Part shown: positions 58,736 to 64,000 of the stretch, in pieces
Position numbering within the stretch: the first letter of the stretch is position 1
How the letters are laid out: every line of letters begins with the position of its first letter
DNA from: Candidatus Sericytochromatia bacterium
GTDB taxonomy: Bacteria > Cyanobacteriota > Sericytochromatia > S15B-MN24 > JAQBPE01
Reading direction: 5' to 3'
DNA: 64,000 nt
NCBI GenBank assembly: GCA_040400605.1
Contig: JBBAPZ010000017.1
Location: 2,903-66,902, forward strand
Program-made: the position numbers and the translations under genes
The notes under the pieces: model-generated
Told to the model about the DNA's origin: nothing
What the model saw: only the letters and a program-made list of their open reading frames with translations
Databases searched by the model: none

Positions 58736-58875
58736 ACGATATGCCATACGGTGACGCATCGGTTTCCGTTCAAAACTTGTTTAGCAAACTGCAAAATATC
58801 ACGCACTCACGCGCTGTTTATCAAAAAAGTCAAAAATTGATCACCAATCAACGCGTTTCTGTATAAAACTATCGT
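58736..58875 (+). mobile_element. MITE-like repeat family copy F
   Basis: CACGATATGCCATACGGTGACGCATCGGTTTCCGTTCAAAACTTGTTTAGCAAACTGCAAAATATCACGCACTCACGCGCTGTTTATC...GATCACCAATCAACGCGTTTCTGTATAAAACTATCG. Confidence 0.65.
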
Positions 58876-59108
58876 CTATCACGTATTTTTCGATTTCGCG
58901 AGGCGCCAAACAGGTATCTCGAAGTGGACTTGCTCACTGCAAAACAAGGGTCTACAAAAGCCAGTCTACTGGCGATCGGCATCACCCACGACGCCACGCC
59001 AATTGATGCTGGATGCCATTTTCGCAACAGACAAGAATCAGACCATCCGTACGCCGATGGATAACCCGACACCCAACAAACCAACCCCAAACCATCCTGT
59101 AACCTTGA

Positions 59109-59333
59109 TCACGAACCCGTCCGGCTCAAGTTGTTGAAACGCACCCTTAGCAAACACTCGCCCGCCGTGTTAAGCTGCTCGCTCACCACATACATCTCCA
59201 ATTGCTTCAAAACCGCCTCAAGCGACAACGAGGGCTCACTGTACGTGCGTTGCATCAACAACTGATCGTTGCGATGAACCTCTGCCTCAATCATGATACC
59301 CCTCCTTTGTAAACTTTTATTAAGCTTACTCAT
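59109..59333 (-). CDS. hypothetical small protein
   Basis: ORF only. Weak. Confidence 0.25.
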   Translation of the reverse strand: MSKLNKSLQRRGIMIEAEVHRNDQLLMQRTYSEPSLSLEAVLKQLEMYVVSEQLNTAGECLLRVRFNNLSRTGS

Positions 59334-59796
59334 CCTAAGCGTGATTGGGCATGAGTGAGAGTGGCAATTGGCCCAAAAAATTCGGGCATATCGAGAATGG
59401 GTAGCCCGGCAGCACGATGAATGTTGATGAGGCGTTCACTTAAACGCTTGTTCGACACGTCATCAAATCAGATTGTGCGTGAAACATCTTTTGGATGATT
59501 GTTTACGCGCACCTTGCCAGCAAAATGGTCCAGATTGTTTCCTGGATCGCATATTTTTTGACAGATAACGCGATGGTTCGAGTTACAGGATTTTTTGCCG
59601 CGAACTGTCGAATGCCTGCTTCATGGTGCTTGGAACGACGCCTAGTCGTCTCGATCAATGAATGGGTGGCACCTGTCATGGTGCAGCGCTACGGCTGTCT
59701 GATCCGCGAATCCGGTGGTTTTAAGATTCGCGTCGGGGCGTTTAAAAGCGGGTATAAACATGAAGCAATGGGCGTGGTGCAGCAGGGGAGATTGCG

Positions 59797-60519
59797 GTGA
59801 GCAAGCAAGCGTTGGGCGTGTTGATTCTGCATGGTTTTACTGGCAGTTTGGATACAGTGAAGGCGGTGGTACCGGTTGCAGAGGAATTGGGATTGCCGTA
59901 TCGGATGCCGGTGATGCGCGGCCATGGTACCCGATTTGAGGACCTGAACGGTGTGCGGGCTGATGACTGGTACACCGATGCACGTGAGGCCTTGCTTGAT
60001 TTGTTAAATGAGGTTGAATCGGTTGTTGTGGTCGGTTTGTCGATGGGTGGGCTTGTGGCGTTAAATCTGGGTATTGAGTTTCGCAGGCAATTAAAGGGCT
60101 TGATTTTATTGGCGCCGGCTTTGCGTTATTGTGATCCGATGAGTGCTTTGACGCCCCTATTGTGTGTATTGTTCAAATATTGGAATACACCAAGCGGTTT
60201 CAATGACAAGCAATTGGAACGTGAACGCTGTACGAATTACAAGCGTTTTCCAACGCGTGCGTATCAAGAGTTATTGAATTATTCGATACGAACGGAAAAG
60301 CGTTTGAAAGAAGTTTTGCTTCCGACGCGGGTGATTTATAGTATGAAGGATACGATTGTTTCTCCGACGATCTTAAACGTGCTGAAGTCCGGTTTAGGTA
60401 CAAAGGATCAGCACTATGACATTTTCGAGCGTTCGGGGCATGAATTGTTGCAAGACAATGAGGCGGAGGCTGTGCTTGCGGTCGTCAAAAAGCATCTTCT
60501 GGCGCTGCAATTCGTTTGA
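59797..60519 (+). CDS. alpha/beta-hydrolase carboxylesterase/lipase
   Basis: GTG start. HGFTGS oxyanion region, nucleophile elbow GLSMGG, C-terminal His. About 240 aa, as in Est/YvaK-like esterases. Confidence 0.75.
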   Translation: MSKQALGVLILHGFTGSLDTVKAVVPVAEELGLPYRMPVMRGHGTRFEDLNGVRADDWYTDAREALLDLLNEVESVVVVGLSMGGLVALNLGIEFRRQLKGLILLAPALRYCDPMSALTPLLCVLFKYWNTPSGFNDKQLERERCTNYKRFPTRAYQELLNYSIRTEKRLKEVLLPTRVIYSMKDTIVSPTILNVLKSGLGTKDQHYDIFERSGHELLQDNEAEAVLAVVKKHLLALQFV

Positions 60520-60716
60520 GATGGTGTTCAAGTGCGGCCGAAGCGCGTTTGAATCGAATATCAAGCGCGGGTGCTCATAGGTAACTCACGCATGCGTGCC
60601 TACTTAAGCAACTCGTGCACAAAAAAACCCATGTTTCATCGTTGGCTTACATTTTCCGTATGCGGGTTACCGGGATTTGCTCAAGGTTGATTGTTTGGAA
60701 AAACCGAAAACGATTT

Positions 60717-60742
60717 CTTAAGTGATCACACATGGTAACTCA
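60717..60742 (+). promoter_or_regulatory. recurring motif TTTCTTAAGTGATCACACATGG (copy 3, upstream of the CYTH gene)
   Basis: Lies ~100 nt upstream of the 60838 start. Confidence 0.4.
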
Positions 60743-60837
60743 TGTTTAAACGCTTGGACATTCTGGCATTCAACATCAGTGAAACAAATCGTTAAAATAC
60801 AAGCGGCATCGCGGGTGTACAGTCAATAAAAAAGGGT

Positions 60838-61419
60838 GTGGTTGTGGAAATTGAAGCGAAATTCAAATTACGTCCTGTGTTGCGGCGATCGCTCGAAGCC
60901 ATGCTAGGCAGTCCGATTGCGTGCAAGCGGCAAGTGGACTTCTATTTTGATGTGGGGGCATTGCCCGTGGCCTTGCGGATGCGACGCGATGGCGATGCAG
61001 GCTATGTCACCTTGAAAAGTGGTATGACCAAAGAAGCGGGGATTCGCGTCAGAGAGGAATTTGAGCCGTCCATTTCTCCGACGGATTGGGACACCTGGTT
61101 GACTTTGTTTGCGCGTCTTGGCTTTGCAAGCAATGAACAGGTGAACAAAACGCGTACGGTTTATGAGTTTCAGGATATCTGCGTGGTGATTGACGACGTG
61201 GATGATTTGGGAGATTACTGTGAAGTTGAAGTAGTCAGTGATACGATTGACGACGCCTTGCAACGATTGGAGATTGTTATCACGAGTCTGGGTTTGGCAA
61301 ATGAGTTACGCCTGACGGATAGCTACCGTGATTTGTTGCGGTTTGCGGCGACAACACAGGCTTCATCCAAGTGTGTTGAGGATGTGTCAAAAGAAAAAAG
61401 CGGCGAATCACGACTCTGA
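60838..61419 (+). CDS. CYTH-domain protein (class IV adenylyl cyclase / triphosphatase CyaB-like)
   Basis: EIEAKFKL start and acidic motifs (REEFE; DDVDDLGDYCEVE) of the CYTH triphosphate tunnel fold. Confidence 0.7.
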   Translation: MVVEIEAKFKLRPVLRRSLEAMLGSPIACKRQVDFYFDVGALPVALRMRRDGDAGYVTLKSGMTKEAGIRVREEFEPSISPTDWDTWLTLFARLGFASNEQVNKTRTVYEFQDICVVIDDVDDLGDYCEVEVVSDTIDDALQRLEIVITSLGLANELRLTDSYRDLLRFAATTQASSKCVEDVSKEKSGESRL

Positions 61420-61496
61420 ATGCGGAAATTCATCTTCAAAGGGGGTAAAATCGTGATGGGCTTTCCGTGAAAGCCAGTCAGGGTGAACCAGTTAAG

Positions 61497-61590
61497 GCAG
61501 AGATTTCGCTCCAGTTGATTTCAGCATCCCATGAAACTGCCGGAAACCGTAACTGCCTGCAGTGATTGTGCGTTAAACAGCAAGGAACCG
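61497..61590 (+). ncRNA. conserved ~95-nt intergenic element, copy 2 (in the 5' leader of the PilZ gene)
   Basis: AAGGCAGAGATTTCGCTCCAGTTG...CAGCATCCCATGAAACTGCCGGAAACCGTAACTGCCTGCAGTGATT lies 55-150 nt upstream of the PilZ start and has the same orientation as the gene. Confidence 0.35.
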
Positions 61591-61643
61591 TGCCTGGATT
61601 ATGCGACATATCAAGCAGACATCAGATGATGAGGTAAAACGCC

Positions 61644-62312
61644 GTGGCGACCCGTGAAATGCCCTTGATGACGGGGGACCCCATCGACATCATCTTGACA
61701 AATCCCGGAACTGATAGCAAAGAGCTTGTGTATGTCAGCAAATTGCGCAACTGGGATGACCGTCACATGATGATCACGGTCCCGTTGCTGAAGGATCAGC
61801 AACTTGTTTGTCCCAAGCTTCCTTTTAATGTGGCGTGTCGGCTCAGAAACGGCGCACTGTTATGGGGTTTTCAAAGCAGCATTGTGCACGTCACGAGTAC
61901 AGCTTTCACACTGCTTCGGCCCGACCCAAAATTCGTCAAAATTGAACAACGGCGAGCCTATGTCCGCGCTAGCGTCAAAATCAAAGCCAAAGGCTATCTA
62001 GTGATGGCTAACCGTTATTTTTCTGAGACTGAGTATGAAATCATCAACCTGAGCGGGGGTGGCTGTCGATTGCAGGGCCCTCAACCATTCATTCCGAACA
62101 CGGTGATGCGCCTGTTGATCCCAACGAATCGGGGTATTGTGGAAGTTCACGGTAAAGTGGTGCGAACAAACCCCTTTCCCGTCGATGAAGCAGAAACGCT
62201 TTACACGACGGGCTTTACCTTTACGAAAATTTCGGAAAACGATCGCGAACTGCTCATCAAATTTGTATTTGAAAAGATGCGTGAGGATCTCAAACAAGGA
62301 AAATTTTTCTAA
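61644..62312 (+). CDS. PilZ-domain (c-di-GMP-binding) protein, YcgR-like architecture
   Basis: GTG start. N-terminal PilZN-like domain, then QRRAYVR (RxxxR) and NLSGGGCRL (D/NxSxGG) PilZ motifs. Confidence 0.75.
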   Translation: MATREMPLMTGDPIDIILTNPGTDSKELVYVSKLRNWDDRHMMITVPLLKDQQLVCPKLPFNVACRLRNGALLWGFQSSIVHVTSTAFTLLRPDPKFVKIEQRRAYVRASVKIKAKGYLVMANRYFSETEYEIINLSGGGCRLQGPQPFIPNTVMRLLIPTNRGIVEVHGKVVRTNPFPVDEAETLYTTGFTFTKISENDRELLIKFVFEKMREDLKQGKFF

Positions 62313-62469
62313 ACGGTGCAACAACCAATCCCGAATTATTGATTCGCCCCGCTTCATGACCACCTTTCGACGGGTAGTCAACTTCATAAACGGATAGCAA
62401 ACAATCAACGGGCTGCCTTAACAGGCAGCCCGTGATTGTCATCTTAACCGCTAGGTCAGATGGCCGGTT

Positions 62470-64000
62470 TTACATCATGCCACCCATGCCGCCCATGTCT
62501 GCGGGCGAAGGAGCCGCAGATTTCTTCTCGACCTTTTCAACCACGAGGGCTTCGGTAGTGAGAAGCATGCTGGCGATCGAAGCCGCATTCTGAAGAGCCG
62601 AACGCGTCACCTTGGCCGGATCGACGATGCCTGCATCAATCATGTTCACAAACTCACCGGTCAAGGCATTGTAACCGATACCCGCGGCACTGTTACGAAC
62701 CTGCTCAAGAATGACAGCACCTTCAATACCCGCGTTTTCAGCAATCTGACGCAAGGGCGCCTCAAGTGCCTTCTTCACGATGTCAACACCCGTGCGCTCA
62801 TCACCGGAAACGCTCTCTGCCACTTTATCCAGAGCGCGAATCAGGTTAACCAGGGTAGTGCCACCACCAGCCACGATACCCTCTTCAACAGCTGCTTTGG
62901 TTGCAGACAAGGCATCTTCGATGCGCAACTTGCGATCCTTCAGCTCGGTTTCAGTGGCCGCACCTACTTGAATCACAGCCACGCCACCAGCCAGCTTCGC
63001 CAACCGCTCTTGCAGCTTCTCGCGGTCAAATTCGGAATCCGTTTCTTCGATTTGACGCCGAATCTGAGCCACTCGAGCTTCAACAGCTGACTTGTGCTCC
63101 GTACCAGCAACAATGGTCGTCTTCTCGCGACCAACGCGCACTTGACGGGCACGGCCGAGCAACTGCTCGGTCACGTTTTCGAGCTTGAGGCCCTTGTCTT
63201 CAGAGATGACTTCACCGCCGGTCAACACCGCAATATCATCCAACATGGCCTTGCGGCGATCGCCAAAGCCAGGTGCCTTGACCGCGACAGCAGTCAAAAT
63301 GCCACGCAATTTGTTCACAACCAAAGTTGCCAACGCTTCGCCTTCGACATCTTCCGCGATAATCAACAAACCACGACCGGACCGTGCAACCTTCTCCAAA
63401 CAAGGAATCAAATCCGCCACGGAAGTGATCTTCTTGTCCGTCAGCAACACGAAAGGTTCGTCAAAAACCGCTTCCATGCGCTCAGAATCTGTCACCATAT
63501 ATGGCGAAATGTAACCCTTGTCAAACTGCATCCCTTCGACGACATCCAAGGTGGTGCCCATGGTCTTGGACTCTTCGACAGTGATCACACCATCTTTGCC
63601 AACCTTTTCCATCGCGTCGGCAATCAAGCCACCAATAAAGGTATCGTTACCCGCCGAAATGGTCGCAACCTGTGCGATCGCGTTACGATTCTCAACCGGC
63701 TTTGCCAACGACTTGATCTCGTCAACCGCCGCGCGAACAGCCTTGTCAATACCATGACGAATGATCATCGGATTGGCACCGGCCGCCACGTTCCGCAAAC
63801 CCTCACGGGTCATCGCCTGTGCCAAAACAGTCGCTGTGGTGGTACCATCACCCGCCACATCATTAGTCTTGGTCGCAACTTCCTTCACCAACTGAGCGCC
63901 CGTGTTTTCAATCGGATCTTCAAGTTCGATTTCCTTGGCAATCGTCACACCATCATTAACAATCTGAGGCGCACCAAACTTCTTTTCCAAAACCACATTG
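62470..64000 (-). CDS. groEL: chaperonin GroEL, N-terminal ~30 aa beyond window end
   Basis: GroEL sequence throughout, C-terminal GGMGGMM tail. The track ORF starts at the first in-window Met. Confidence 0.95.
   Translation of the reverse strand, partial: NVVLEKKFGAPQIVNDGVTIAKEIELEDPIENTGAQLVKEVATKTNDVAGDGTTTATVLAQAMTREGLRNVAAGANPMIIRHGIDKAVRAAVDEIKSLAKPVENRNAIAQVATISAGNDTFIGGLIADAMEKVGKDGVITVEESKTMGTTLDVVEGMQFDKGYISPYMVTDSERMEAVFDEPFVLLTDKKITSVADLIPCLEKVARSGRGLLIIAEDVEGEALATLVVNKLRGILTAVAVKAPGFGDRRKAMLDDIAVLTGGEVISEDKGLKLENVTEQLLGRARQVRVGREKTTIVAGTEHKSAVEARVAQIRRQIEETDSEFDREKLQERLAKLAGGVAVIQVGAATETELKDRKLRIEDALSATKAAVEEGIVAGGGTTLVNLIRALDKVAESVSGDERTGVDIVKKALEAPLRQIAENAGIEGAVILEQVRNSAAGIGYNALTGEFVNMIDAGIVDPAKVTRSALQNAASIASMLLTTEALVVEKVEKKSAAPSPADMGGMGGMM

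Noticed and set aside
59495-59800. 101-aa plus-strand ORF upstream of the esterase gene
   Set aside because: No RBS, odd composition, no domain. More likely a leader or promoter region.

Overview
This window is a high-GC (~58-60%) bacterial chromosomal segment. Housekeeping genes are sucC/sucD, serS, thiL, rpmB, groEL (runs off the 3' end), tRNA-Phe and tRNA-Val. Motility and c-di-GMP-related genes are pilT, fliD, a YjfB-like small ORF, a PilZ protein and a 3xMshEN-peptidase fusion. Metal homeostasis is represented by a Fur-family gene at the end of a MacAB-like exporter operon, and by a probable Zur regulon (NicO-WD40-COG0523 divergent from a Cys-less L33 paralogue plus ZIP) with palindromic operator-like boxes. 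The most unusual content is a ~12 kb minus-strand cluster (29932-41585) of uncharacterised genes: two HEAT-repeat paralogues (one with a 39-bp tandem repeat), three ~80-aa helical proteins, a divergent flagellar-rod-like protein, a secreted Ig+BNR-propeller protein, a membrane protein and a FliB/YkgJ-like CxxCxxCC protein. Other notable features are an ExeA-like AAA ATPase + ParB-like gene pair, a MITE-like ~125-bp element with terminal inverted repeats in six copies, a second conserved ~95-nt intergenic element in two copies, and a recurring TTAAGTGATCACGCATGG motif ~100 nt upstream of three genes. No CRISPR array, integrase or transposase was recognised.
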